NCBI GenBank assembly: GCA_903885855.1
Contig: CAISKG010000609.1
Span: 1 to 46,659 of the forward strand
Direction of reading: 5' to 3'
Length of the DNA: 46,659 nt
Source of the DNA: an uncultured Planctomycetaceae bacterium
GTDB taxonomy: Bacteria > Planctomycetota > Planctomycetia > Pirellulales > UBA1268
Shown here: positions 1-8,615 of the stretch, piece by piece
How positions within the stretch are numbered: the stretch's first letter is position 1
Layout: each line of letters starts with the position of its first letter
The notes under the pieces: generated by a model
What the model saw: only the letters and a program-made list of their open reading frames with translations
What the model was told of the DNA's origin: nothing
Database searches by the model: none
Translations under genes and position numbers: made by a program

Positions 1-849
1 GATGGGAAGAACGGCGTCGACGGCAAGGCTGGACCGGCCGGCGCGCCCGGGAAGGACGGCAAGGCTGGTGCGGCCGGCGCGAAGGGCGAGCGCGGACCCG
101 CGGGCCCGGCTGGTGCGCCGGGCAAGGACGGGAAGAACGGCCTCGACGGCAAGGCTGGTCCGGCGGGTGCGCCGGGCAAGGCCGGCGAGCGCGGCCCCGC
201 GGGCCCGGCCGGTGCGCCGGGCGCGCGTGGCCCGGCCGGTGCGCCGGGCAAGGACGGGAAGAACGGCGTCGACGGCAAGGCTGGTCCGGCCGGTGCGCCC
301 GGGAAGGACGGCAAGGCTGGTGCGGCTGGCGCGAAGGGCGAGCGTGGCCCCGCGGGCCCGGCTGGTGCCAGCGGCAAGGATGGCAAGGATGGCAAGGATG
401 GCAAGCCCGGTCCGCAGGGGGAGCGTGGTTCTGCCGGTCCGGCGGGCCCCGCTGGTCCCCCTGGGGCCGCCGCCAGCGAGCAGCGTTCCGGGGCCCGCGA
501 CATCACGTCGCTGCTCCGCCTTCCGGCGGCGGCGCGGCTCGATCAAGCCGTGCTGCGGCGCGTGGGAGACACGGTCGAGTTGTCGCTCGACGGCCTGCGC
601 AGCAAGAAGCGGCTCGACGCCGTGCTCGGCAAGGTGCCGGCAGGCTTCCGCCCCACGCGGCACCAGAGCCTGTGCACCACCGACGCCGACTTCGCCCATG
701 TGCGCGTGAGCGTCGACGGCGGGTCGGCGGCGATCGCGGCCATCCAGCCGGCCAGTGCCGAGGGCCTCGACGCCACGTCGACGTCGATGGTCTGGCTCAC
801 CGACGACCAGTGGCCGGCGAAGATGCCCGGCCGCGAACTGCGCGGCTGA
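1..849 (+). CDS. Collagen-like (G-X-Y triple-helix repeat) protein, 5' end cut by window edge
   Basis: Frame 1 is open from nt 1 to TGA 847-849. Nt 1 to about 470 translate as uninterrupted Gly-X-Y triplets ([51 protein letters not shown]...GPPG). About 125 aa of non-repeat C-terminal domain follow ([16 protein letters not shown]...[18 protein letters not shown]). ORF-track entry 550..849 is only the tail. Track entry 2..709 is the wrong frame of the same repeat. Confidence 0.8.
   Translation, partial: DGKNGVDGKAGPAGAPGKDGKAGAAGAKGERGPAGPAGAPGKDGKNGLDGKAGPAGAPGKAGERGPAGPAGAPGARGPAGAPGKDGKNGVDGKAGPAGAPGKDGKAGAAGAKGERGPAGPAGASGKDGKDGKDGKPGPQGERGSAGPAGPAGPPGAAASEQRSGARDITSLLRLPAAARLDQAVLRRVGDTVELSLDGLRSKKRLDAVLGKVPAGFRPTRHQSLCTTDADFAHVRVSVDGGSAAIAAIQPASAEGLDATSTSMVWLTDDQWPAKMPGRELRG
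4..399 (+). repeat. Intragenic direct repeats of the collagen-like gene
   Basis: Nt 4-116 and 256-368 are near-identical (5 mismatches counted by eye) with an offset of 252 nt, i.e. 84 codons. A shorter related copy starts near 127. (GGCAAGGAT)x3 lies at 373-399. Confidence 0.8.
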
Positions 850-877
850 TCCGACGACCGCCACGGGAACGATCGAA

Positions 878-911
878 GGGGGCGACGGGGGGATGGCCGC
901 CCGTCGCCCCC
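878..911. terminator. GC-rich hairpin between convergent genes (possible bidirectional terminator, no U-tract)
   Basis: GGGGGCGACGG (878-888) pairs perfectly with CCGTCGCCCCC (901-911) around a 12-nt loop. It lies between the stop of the collagen-like gene (849) and the stop of aroB (947). Confidence 0.3.
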
Positions 912-946
912 GCGCCGCGCAGTCGGGCGCGGCCGCGGCGCTCGTG

Positions 947-2050
947 TCAGGCGGTCGCCGGCCGCGCGAGCACCTCGCGCACCATCTGTGCGGGGACGCC
1001 GTCGACGAGTTCCACATGCCCCAGACGCGAGGGGAGCACGAAGCGCAGCCGGCCGTCGAGGGCCTTCTTGTCGCGGGCCATCAGCGCGAGCAGGGCATCG
1101 GCGGCCAGCGACACGCCGGCGGGGAGGCGCGTGGGCAGCCCCAGCGCCTCGAGGAGGCGATCCTGCCGGCGGGCGAGGGCGGCCGGCACGCGACCCAGCC
1201 GCACCGCCAGCTCCGCGGCATCGGCCATGCCGATCGCCACCGCCTCCCCGTGGAGCAGCGTGCCGTAGCCGAGGGCAGTCTCGTAGGCATGGCCGAAGGT
1301 GTGGCCGTAGTTGAGCGTCGCCCGGGCGCCGGTCCGCTCGTGCTCGTCCGCCGACACCACCTCCGCCTTGATCGCCACGCAGCGGCCCACGATCGCCCCG
1401 ATCTCCCGCGCATCCCTGGCCACGACGTTCCCGGCCGCCCCCTCGAGCCGTGCGAAGAGCTCCGCGTCGCGGATCACGCCGTACTTGACCACCTCCGCCA
1501 GGCCGCTCGCGTACTCGCGCGCCGGCAGCGTGGCGAGGGTGTCGGTGTCGGCGATCACGCCGCGCGGCTGCCAGAAGGCTCCGACGAGATTCTTGCCGCC
1601 GCGGAGATTGACGCCGGTCTTGCCTCCGATGGAGCTGTCGACCTGGGCCACGAGCGTGGTGGGCACCTGCCACACCGGCAAGCCCCGGGCGAAGGTCGCG
1701 GCGGCGAATCCGGCGAGGTCCCCGACGACGCCCCCGCCCACCGCCACCAGGTGCGTGCCCCGGTCGACGGCCGCTGCGGCGAGCGACTCCCAGATCCGCT
1801 CCGCCTCGGCGACCGACTTCGAGGCCTCGCCCCGCTCCACCGGGATGGTCGTCACCGCGAGCCCGGCGTGGCGCAGGGAATCGGCGACCGCGACCGCGTG
1901 CGTGCCGAGGACGCCGGAATCGGCCACCACGACCGCGCGGCGGGCACCGGCGTCGCGGAGCCGCGGGCCGGCGGAGGCGAGCAGGCCGGGGCCGATCGCC
2001 ACCTCGTAGGACCGCTCGCCGAGCTCCACGCGGACGAGTCGTGCGGACAC
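947..2050 (-). CDS. aroB: 3-dehydroquinate synthase
   Basis: 367-aa ORF with GGGVVGDLAGFAAATFARG, VDSSIGGKTGVN and LHGEAVAIGM motifs typical of AroB. GTG start at 2050. Confidence 0.93.
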   Translation of the reverse strand: MSARLVRVELGERSYEVAIGPGLLASAGPRLRDAGARRAVVVADSGVLGTHAVAVADSLRHAGLAVTTIPVERGEASKSVAEAERIWESLAAAAVDRGTHLVAVGGGVVGDLAGFAAATFARGLPVWQVPTTLVAQVDSSIGGKTGVNLRGGKNLVGAFWQPRGVIADTDTLATLPAREYASGLAEVVKYGVIRDAELFARLEGAAGNVVARDAREIGAIVGRCVAIKAEVVSADEHERTGARATLNYGHTFGHAYETALGYGTLLHGEAVAIGMADAAELAVRLGRVPAALARRQDRLLEALGLPTRLPAGVSLAADALLALMARDKKALDGRLRFVLPSRLGHVELVDGVPAQMVREVLARPATA

Positions 2051-2051
2051 G

Positions 2052-2297
2052 TCAGGCCACGCTCACACGCTCGACGTCGCCGGGCGTGACGGTGATGACG
2101 CGGGCGAAGCCGGTGTGCTGGCGGACGTAGTCGAGTTCGGCGGCGTCGCCGGGGCTGGCATGGAGCAGGGCCTCGACCCGCGCCTTGTCGGCCGCCGACC
2201 AGTCCTCGTACTCCTCGGGCCAGATGGTGTGACGCTCCACCACGAGGGCTTCGCGGTACGGGTCGAAGGCGTTGGACATCCGCCGGGACTCCTGCAT
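2052..2297 (-). CDS. Small hypothetical protein (81 aa), translationally coupled to aroB
   Basis: C-terminal part of track ORF 2052..2570. ATG at 2297 (MQESRRMSNAFDPYREALVVERHTIWPEEYEDW...) or at 2279. Its stop TGA (2054-2052) is 1 nt from the aroB GTG (2050). The N-terminal part of the track ORF is Arg/Pro-rich junk. I recognise no family. Confidence 0.5.
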   Translation of the reverse strand: MQESRRMSNAFDPYREALVVERHTIWPEEYEDWSAADKARVEALLHASPGDAAELDYVRQHTGFARVITVTPGDVERVSVA

Positions 2298-2427
2298 GAC
2301 TGCACGACGTGGCCCCGGTGCCCCACCGGGAATGAGCCGCGGACGGCGTGCCGACCGGGAGGGAAAGTATACATTGACCCGTCGGCCCGACCGCCCCGCC
2401 AAGGCCGGCCCCCCCTGGAAGCACGCC

Positions 2428-3033
2428 GTGGATGCCCCTCCTGCCCCAGCCGCCACGCTCCCGCACGGCGCGACGCCGGGCGGCGACCGCGGGCCCCCCG
2501 GGCGGCGACCGGGGAGCGGGTCGTGGCTGGTCCTCGGCCTGGTGGCCCTCGGCGTGACGGCCGGGGCCACCGCGATCGCCTACCAGCGCGGGCAGACGCG
2601 GCGCTGCCTGGCCTTCTACGGCAGCGACGTGGCGAGGCGCGTGGCCGAGGCCCCGCAGGTCGAAGTCTGGACGCTCGCGCCGAGCGACACGCCGGGCAGG
2701 CTGCGTGCCGTCAGCCGCCGCGACGTGTCGCGTGCGCCCGGGCTCGTCCACCTGCGGCGGGGGCTCGTGGAGGATGCCAACTTCCGCTGGCCCGGCGTCG
2801 GGGAGGAGATCCGCTCCCGCCTGCCGGCGCGGGCGTGGGATGTGGCGCTGGTGTTCAGCGATCCCGCCCGCCCCGACACGACCGCGGTGCTCGTCGTCGA
2901 CACCGCCACCCCGGGGGCGGGGGACGACGGGGCAGGCTGGCTGGCGGTGGTCGGCAGACCGGGCCGCATGGGGTTGGGGCGGATCGGGGCCGGGCTGGGG
3001 AAGTGGCTGGCCGACCTCCCTTCCGGACGCTGA
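2428..3033 (+). CDS. Hypothetical membrane-anchored protein
   Basis: Track ORF 2272..3033. It has one hydrophobic helix (WLVLGLVALGVTAGATAIAY) followed by a soluble domain of about 150 aa. The start is uncertain. I chose GTG 2428 because 2356-2380 is a lower-GC, promoter-like stretch (GGAAAGTATACATTGACC). ATG 2332 is the alternative. Confidence 0.45.
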   Translation: MDAPPAPAATLPHGATPGGDRGPPGRRPGSGSWLVLGLVALGVTAGATAIAYQRGQTRRCLAFYGSDVARRVAEAPQVEVWTLAPSDTPGRLRAVSRRDVSRAPGLVHLRRGLVEDANFRWPGVGEEIRSRLPARAWDVALVFSDPARPDTTAVLVVDTATPGAGDDGAGWLAVVGRPGRMGLGRIGAGLGKWLADLPSGR

Positions 3034-3134
3034 AAAAGCCCGCCCAAACCGGCCTTCTGACGCGCCGCGGGGAAGCCTATCCTCCCCGGCCGCCGCGGGG
3101 CCCATTCGCCCTCCCGTGGTGGGGAGACGCAGTC

Positions 3135-3983
3135 ATGCGGTGCATCGCCGTGGCCAATCAGAAGGGAGGCGTCGGCAAGACGACCACATCGGTCAACCTC
3201 GCCGTCGCGCTGGCCCGCTCGGGGCTCGACGTGTGCCTGGTCGATCTCGATCCCCAGGCCCATGCCACCCTCCACGCCGGCGTCCAGCCCGGGGCGCACC
3301 CGCTGTCGGCCTGGGATCTGCTGGCGGGCGAGACGACGCTCGCCGAGGTCCGCGTCGCCTGCGGTGGCGGGCTGCACGTCGTGCCGTCGCACATCGACCT
3401 TTCCGCGGCCGAGATGGCGCTGGCCACGCGCGCGGGGCGGGAATCGATCCTAAGGCGCCGGATCGAGGCCGACCCCGCATGCCGCGGCGACGCGGGCGCG
3501 GTGCGGCACGACGTGATGATCATCGACTGCCCGCCGTCGCTCGGGCTGTTGTCGCTCAACGCCATGGCGGCGGCCGACGAGGTGCTCCTGCCGCTGCAGC
3601 CCCACTTCCTCGCCCTCCATGGCCTTTCGAAGCTCCTGGAGACGATGGAACTCGTCGCCGAGCGCGTCAATCCGCGCCTCCGACTCCTCGGCGTGGTGCT
3701 GTGCCTGTACGAGTCGGGCACGAGGCTCGCCGGCGAGGTGGCCCGCGACGTGGAGGAGTACTTCCGCGCCGGGAACGCGCGCCATCCGATCCTCTCCGAC
3801 GGCCGCGTCTTCCAGAGCCGCATCCGCCGCAACGTGCGCCTCGCCGAGGCGCCGAGTTTCGGGCAATCGATCTTCGACTACGCCCCCGATTCGCACGGCG
3901 CGCAGGACTACGCGGCGCTGGCCGCGGAGGTCCTTCAGGCGGCGGCCGTGCCGGAACGCGACGCCGCGCGGCGGGCGGCCTGA
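3135..3983 (+). CDS. ParA/Soj-family (deviant Walker A) ATPase, no adjacent parB
   Basis: MRCIAVANQKGGVGKTTTSVNLAVALA (KGGxGKT deviant Walker A), LVDLDPQ, MIIDCPPSLG (Walker B region). The in-frame ATG at 3135 lies inside the long track ORF 2115..3983. Confidence 0.85.
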   Translation: MRCIAVANQKGGVGKTTTSVNLAVALARSGLDVCLVDLDPQAHATLHAGVQPGAHPLSAWDLLAGETTLAEVRVACGGGLHVVPSHIDLSAAEMALATRAGRESILRRRIEADPACRGDAGAVRHDVMIIDCPPSLGLLSLNAMAAADEVLLPLQPHFLALHGLSKLLETMELVAERVNPRLRLLGVVLCLYESGTRLAGEVARDVEEYFRAGNARHPILSDGRVFQSRIRRNVRLAEAPSFGQSIFDYAPDSHGAQDYAALAAEVLQAAAVPERDAARRAA

Positions 3984-4207
3984 CGCCGCGGGGTCGCCGG
4001 CACGAGCGGGGACGGGGCGGCGATCTCGACGGCCGCCTCGGGAGCGGCCGCCGGCTCCGCCTGCAGCTCCGGAATCCACCAGTAGCTCGACGCGCAGGGC
4101 TCGACGCCGGCCAGGATGCCGGTGACGTCGAAGTCCTCGGCCGACAGGAACGCCGGCCCCCCGGGGGGCGACCCGTGCCGTGCGGCGGTGTCAGTCAGCC
4201 TGGACAT
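3935..4207 (-). CDS. Possible small protein (90 aa), convergent with and overlapping the parA-like 3' end
   Basis: ATG at 4207 within track ORF 3935..4381 (MSRLTDTAARHGSPPGGPAFLSAEDFDVTGILAGVEPCASSYWWIPEL...). Third-codon positions are almost all G/C through 3984-4207, where no + strand gene exists. No family recognised. Confidence 0.3.
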   Translation of the reverse strand: MSRLTDTAARHGSPPGGPAFLSAEDFDVTGILAGVEPCASSYWWIPELQAEPAAAPEAAVEIAAPSPLVPATPRRQAARRAASRSGTAAA

Positions 4208-4428
4208 CGAGGAAGTGTCTCGTCGGGAGCTCGCACCACCGGAGCCGCGGGGCCCGGAGTGTCCTTCGGCACCCCTCGGCCGGCGAGGCCAGTTCCGCGG
4301 GGTTTTCCGCTGTCCCGCCGATGATCCCTTCGTGAAAATGGGAAAGCAAGGGAAACCTTGACGTTGGTGGCGGTTCTCCACGTTTTCCGGGGAAAAGTCA
4401 GGGTTTGGCCACGCGACGGGGGATAATC

Positions 4429-6201
4429 ATGGAACGGGGGATTCCACACATGCCCATGCAGTCCGCGGCGGCCGACCGACGGCCCACGACCGATCCGAGT
4501 CTCGCCGGCCCGCGCGCCGTCGACCGACCGGCCGCGCCGCGGCTGCCGGGCCGGGCAGGCCCGGTCCTGATGGCGGCGCTCGTGGCGGCGCTCGGTGGTG
4601 TCGCGGTGCGGGCGGCCCAGCCGACGGGCTACCGCCAACTGGCTCCCGGCGTGCTCACCGTCATCCCCGCCGACCGCTCGGGCGACGACGCCCTTCTCCG
4701 CGCCGACATCCCGGAGATCACCGTCGGACTGGCGGACATCGCCTGGGAGCCGAAGCAGGCGCCGGTCGGGGCGACCCTCGTCGGCCGCGGCCGGACCATC
4801 GACTTCCCCCGCGACATCTGGTGCCTCGAGTTCGCCTTCAAGCCGCCGCGGCAGATCGACGTCGACGTTCCCGCCCCGAATCTGCGCATGCAGCGCAAGC
4901 GCCTCTGGTATCTGCTGTACCGCGTCAAGAACACCGGCGCGCGGCGGATCGTGATGGAGGAGGGGGACGCCACTCGCCTGGCCTCCGAGCCGGTGGAGAA
5001 GCCGGTGCGCTTCCTGCCCCACCTCGTCCTCGAGAGCACCGAGGGGCTCTCCAGCGCCGAAGGGGCGCTGGCCTACCGGGCCTACCTCGATCGCGTGATC
5101 CCCAGCGCCCTGGCCGCGATCCGGGAGCGCGAAGACGCCCGCCTCGACATCCACGACAGCGCCCGGATGAGCGAACGCGAACTGGCCCCCGGCGAGGAAC
5201 GCTGGGGCGTGGCGACCTGGGAGGACGTCGATCCGCGCATCGACTTCTTCTCGATCTACGTGCGGGGCCTCACCAACGCCATCCGCTGGCGGCCCCGCGC
5301 CGACGCCGCCTTCGCCCGCGACGACGTGCCCGGCGCCGGCGAGGAGCATGCCCTGGAGAGCCTGCGCCTCGATTTCTGGCGCCCCGGCGACGACGTCACC
5401 ACGCCGGACGAGGAGGCGAGCGTCGGCCATGCCGGGATGTACGAACGCCGTGTGATCGGCAACCGGGTGATCCAGGCGCTCTCGCGCCCGGGCCAGACCA
5501 CCGCCTCCCCCGCCGCGGGCCTCGAGCGGCTCGGTCTCACCTGGGAGGATCTCCTCGATCCGCCCGCCGCCATCGAGGCCGCGACGCGGGTCGACGGGGA
5601 GGCGCCGCCGAGCCTGGCGCCCCTGGGCCGCGTGGTGAAGGCGATCGCCGCCGTCCAGCCCCCGGCCGCCCGCCCGCTGGCCACCGAGACGCTGCTGGGC
5701 GACCTGGGGCGCGAGCGCTTCGAGGATCTCGTCCGCGGGCTGTCGATGCCCCTCCCCGCCGAGCAGGCGGCGTTGCGGCAGGGGCTGCTCGAGCAGTGCG
5801 GCGTGAGCGCCGACGACGTGGCCGCGCGGCCGCTGGAGTCGCTCGGCAAGGTGATCGCCGCGCTCGATGCCACCCCCTCGGCGGCCCGCCGGCGCTCCGC
5901 TGCCGGCGGCCTGTTCGGCACCGCGGCCGTGCGGCTCGACGAGTTGGTGCGCGAGGTCGATCTGGTGCGGGCCGGCGCGATCCTCGCGGGGATGGACTTC
6001 GACCGCCGCCCCGTCCTCTCCGGCGGGGCCCTGACCGCCTACGACACCTTCCGGACGCTCGTCGACGACGAGCCCGACGCCGACCGCCGTGCCCGCATGG
6101 TGGCCGGCCTCCTCGGCGCCGAGGGGCCGACGCTCCTGGGGGCCGCCGCGTCGGTCACCGAGGGCGTTGACCACGCCTGGGTTTTCCGTTACGAACGCTG
6201 A
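4429..6201 (+). CDS. Large hypothetical protein with N-terminal signal/anchor helix
   Basis: Track ORF 4405..6201. The first ATG is at 4429, with alternatives TTG 4405 and ATG 4450. It has a hydrophobic N-terminal segment (PVLMAALVAALGGVAVRAA) and then about 530 aa with consistently high GC3. No motif I recognise. Confidence 0.6.
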   Translation: MERGIPHMPMQSAAADRRPTTDPSLAGPRAVDRPAAPRLPGRAGPVLMAALVAALGGVAVRAAQPTGYRQLAPGVLTVIPADRSGDDALLRADIPEITVGLADIAWEPKQAPVGATLVGRGRTIDFPRDIWCLEFAFKPPRQIDVDVPAPNLRMQRKRLWYLLYRVKNTGARRIVMEEGDATRLASEPVEKPVRFLPHLVLESTEGLSSAEGALAYRAYLDRVIPSALAAIREREDARLDIHDSARMSERELAPGEERWGVATWEDVDPRIDFFSIYVRGLTNAIRWRPRADAAFARDDVPGAGEEHALESLRLDFWRPGDDVTTPDEEASVGHAGMYERRVIGNRVIQALSRPGQTTASPAAGLERLGLTWEDLLDPPAAIEAATRVDGEAPPSLAPLGRVVKAIAAVQPPAARPLATETLLGDLGRERFEDLVRGLSMPLPAEQAALRQGLLEQCGVSADDVAARPLESLGKVIAALDATPSAARRRSAAGGLFGTAAVRLDELVREVDLVRAGAILAGMDFDRRPVLSGGALTAYDTFRTLVDDEPDADRRARMVAGLLGAEGPTLLGAAASVTEGVDHAWVFRYER

Positions 6202-6360
6202 CCCCCGGGCGGGCCGCCGGCCGCGGAACAGCGGTATTCCGGCCCCCGCCGGCACGGCTCGCGGGCCGGGCCGAGTCCCGGCTATACTGGCGGGTCTGCC
6301 GACGGGATGCACCCCGCCCCGCGGCCGTCCCCCTCACTCCGCTTTGCAGGATTCGTCGAC

Positions 6361-6618
6361 ATGGCACACAAGAAGGGCCAGGGCTCCAGTCGCAACGGCC
6401 GCGATTCCAACGCCCAGATGCGCGGCGTGAAGAAGTACGCCGGCCAGCACGTCCTGGCGGGCAACATCCTCGTGCGCCAGGTGGGCACCAAGTTCCATCC
6501 CGGCCGCAACGTCGGCATGGGCACCGATTACACCCTCTTCGCCCTCGTCGAGGGGGTCGTCGAGTTCGACCGCGAGGGGCGTCGGGTCAACGTCAAGCCG
6601 GTCGCGGTCGAGGCCTGA
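6361..6618 (+). CDS. rpmA: 50S ribosomal protein L27
   Basis: [62 protein letters not shown] is a textbook L27. AGGA lies 9 nt upstream of ATG 6361. Confidence 0.93.
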   Translation: MAHKKGQGSSRNGRDSNAQMRGVKKYAGQHVLAGNILVRQVGTKFHPGRNVGMGTDYTLFALVEGVVEFDREGRRVNVKPVAVEA

Positions 6619-6686
6619 AGCCCGACCGGGCCCCGTCGCGCTGGCCGTGACGGCCGATCCCCCCGAGCCCCGCTGCAGGCGCGTCC

Positions 6687-7706
6687 GTGTTCGTCGACCG
6701 CGTCCATATCGAGGTGGCCGGCGGTGACGGCGGCCGGGGCAGCGGCAGTTTCCGGCGCGAGAAGTACGTCCCGCGCGGCGGCCCCGACGGCGGCGACGGC
6801 GGCGACGGCGGGAGCATCGTGCTCCGGGCCGAGCCGGGCGTCGATTCACTCGCGGCCCTCGCCCACCGCGCGCAGTGGCGCGCCGCGAGCGGCCAGCCGG
6901 GCGGCCCGCAGAACTGCAAAGGGCGCTCCGCGGAGGACGTCATCCTCGCGGTGCCCCCCGGCACGATCGTCATCGACGAGGCCACGGGGCTGGTGCTGCG
7001 CGACCTGGCGCGCGCCGGCGACGAACTGGTGGCCGCCAAGGGGGGGGACGGCGGCTTCGGCAACGTCCACTTCAAGAGCTCCACCAACCGCGCCCCGCGC
7101 GAGACCACCCCGGGCGGCAAGGGGGAGGTGCGGAAGCTCGTCCTGGAGTTGAAGGTGATCGCCGACGTGGGGCTCGTCGGCAAGCCGAACGCCGGCAAGA
7201 GCACCCTCCTCTCGCGGCTCTCGCGGGCCCGGCCCGAGATCGCCGACTACGCCTTCACCACCAAGACCCCGATGCTGGGGATGGTGGCGGTGTCGCGCGA
7301 TCGGAGCTTCGTGCTCGCCGACCTTCCCGGCCTCATCGAGGGGGCCCACGCCGGCCACGGACTGGGGCACGAGTTCCTCCGCCACGTGGAGCGAGCGGGG
7401 ATCCTCGTCCACGTCGTCGAGCCGCGCCCCATGGACGGCAGCGATCCGCTGGCCAACTACCGGGCGATCCGCGAGGAACTGGTGCTCCACGATCCGCGCC
7501 TCGGGGAGCGCCCCGAGATCGTCGTCGTGAGCAAGTTCGAGCTGCCCGGCGCGGAGGATGTGCGTGCGGCGCTGGCGGCCGCCATCGGCCGCGACGTGAT
7601 CGGCGTGAGCGCGGTGACGGGCCAGGGGCTCGACCGGCTGCTGGCCGCCGTGGTGCAGGCCCTCGACGCCGTCCCCAGCCCCGCCGCAGGAGCCGCCGAC
7701 GCATGA
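6687..7706 (+). CDS. obg: GTPase Obg/CgtA
   Basis: Glycine-rich Obg fold (GGDGGRGSGSFRREKYVPRGGPDGGDGGDGG), G1 GKPNAGKST and DLPGLIEGA. GTG start. Sits directly after rpmA, as in many bacteria. Confidence 0.93.
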   Translation: MFVDRVHIEVAGGDGGRGSGSFRREKYVPRGGPDGGDGGDGGSIVLRAEPGVDSLAALAHRAQWRAASGQPGGPQNCKGRSAEDVILAVPPGTIVIDEATGLVLRDLARAGDELVAAKGGDGGFGNVHFKSSTNRAPRETTPGGKGEVRKLVLELKVIADVGLVGKPNAGKSTLLSRLSRARPEIADYAFTTKTPMLGMVAVSRDRSFVLADLPGLIEGAHAGHGLGHEFLRHVERAGILVHVVEPRPMDGSDPLANYRAIREELVLHDPRLGERPEIVVVSKFELPGAEDVRAALAAAIGRDVIGVSAVTGQGLDRLLAAVVQALDAVPSPAAGAADA

Positions 7707-8536
7707 CCACCGCGCCCCCGCCGGCCGACACCCTGCTCCTGGCCGACGTCGGCAACAGCCGGATCAAGCTCGCCGCCGTCGAGGATCCGGGCCTGGCTCC
7801 CTCGGGCCAGCGCGTCGCCGCGCCGCGCCTCGCGCACCGCCGGGAGATCGACGTCCGCGGCCTGCAGACGCGCCTCCTGCGGCAGTGGCTGGCCGCCGCG
7901 GCGCCGGCGGCGGCGCACGTCCTCGTGGCGAGCGTCCACGACCGCGCCGCGGCGATGCTCGAGCTGGCGATCGCGGAGGAGTCGGCCACCGGGCGGCGCG
8001 TGCTCAGGCAGCAGCGCGTCACCCACGCCGACCTGCCCCTGGAGGTGGCCCTGCCGGAGCCGCAGCGTGTGGGCATCGACCGGCTGGCCGCGGCCGCCGC
8101 GGCACGCGCGCTCGTGCCGCCGGGCAGCGCGGCGATCGTGGTCGACTGCGGCACGGCGGCGACGGTCGACATGGTCGACGGCTCCGGCGCCTTCCTCGGC
8201 GGGGCGATCCTTCCCGGGCCGGTGCTCATGGCCCGCGCCCTGGCGGAGGGCACGAGCAAGCTCCCCGAGGTGCAGGCGCTCGACGGCGACGATCCGCCGG
8301 CGATGCCAGGCCGCGGCACGCGCGACGCGATCGCCGCCGGCATCGGCTGGGGAATCCGCGGGGCGATCGCCGAGCTCGTCGCCCGGGCCCGGGCCACCCT
8401 CGGCGCCCCGACGCCCGTCGTGGTCACCGGTGGCTGGCGGAGGGCCGTGCTGCCGGCCGTTCCCGACGCCCTCGAGGCACCCGATCTGGTCCTCACCGGC
8501 ATCGCCCTGGCCACGCGGCGCGTGGGGGCCGGGTGA
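7703..8536 (+). CDS. coaX: Type III pantothenate kinase
   Basis: LLLADVGNSRIKLA, AIVVDCGTAATVD and GGAILPG motifs. The ATG overlaps the obg stop (ATGA at 7703-7706). Confidence 0.85.
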   Translation: MTTAPPPADTLLLADVGNSRIKLAAVEDPGLAPSGQRVAAPRLAHRREIDVRGLQTRLLRQWLAAAAPAAAHVLVASVHDRAAAMLELAIAEESATGRRVLRQQRVTHADLPLEVALPEPQRVGIDRLAAAAAARALVPPGSAAIVVDCGTAATVDMVDGSGAFLGGAILPGPVLMARALAEGTSKLPEVQALDGDDPPAMPGRGTRDAIAAGIGWGIRGAIAELVARARATLGAPTPVVVTGGWRRAVLPAVPDALEAPDLVLTGIALATRRVGAG

Positions 8537-8615
8537 GCGCCGCCCGCCGGCGAGTGTCACGCCGGCGGGTTCACGGGTACACTGCCCGCTTTCCCCCCGG
8601 CCCGCCCGCCGCACC

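Noticed and set aside
2-709. 235-aa ORF (Arg/Ala/Pro-rich) listed first in the ORF track
   Set aside because: It is the +1 frame of the collagen G-X-Y repeat. Frame 1 gives perfect Gly-X-Y periodicity and continues into a sensible C-terminal domain, so the track ORF is a shadow frame.
4116-4361. 81-aa + strand ORF in the gap before the 590-aa gene
   Set aside because: The third-position G/C bias collapses after about 4207, and the second half runs through lower-GC promoter-like sequence (GAAAATGGGAAAGCAAGGGAAACCTTGACG). The minus-strand alternative explains the signal better.
6307-6360. In-frame 18-codon N-terminal extension of L27 ([24 protein letters not shown]), reminiscent of the Prp-cleaved L27 pro-peptide of Firmicutes
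   Set aside because: There is no similarity to the conserved ...NLQFFA cleavage motif and no prp gene or rplU nearby. An AGGA Shine-Dalgarno sits at the right distance from ATG 6361. The shorter start is far more likely.
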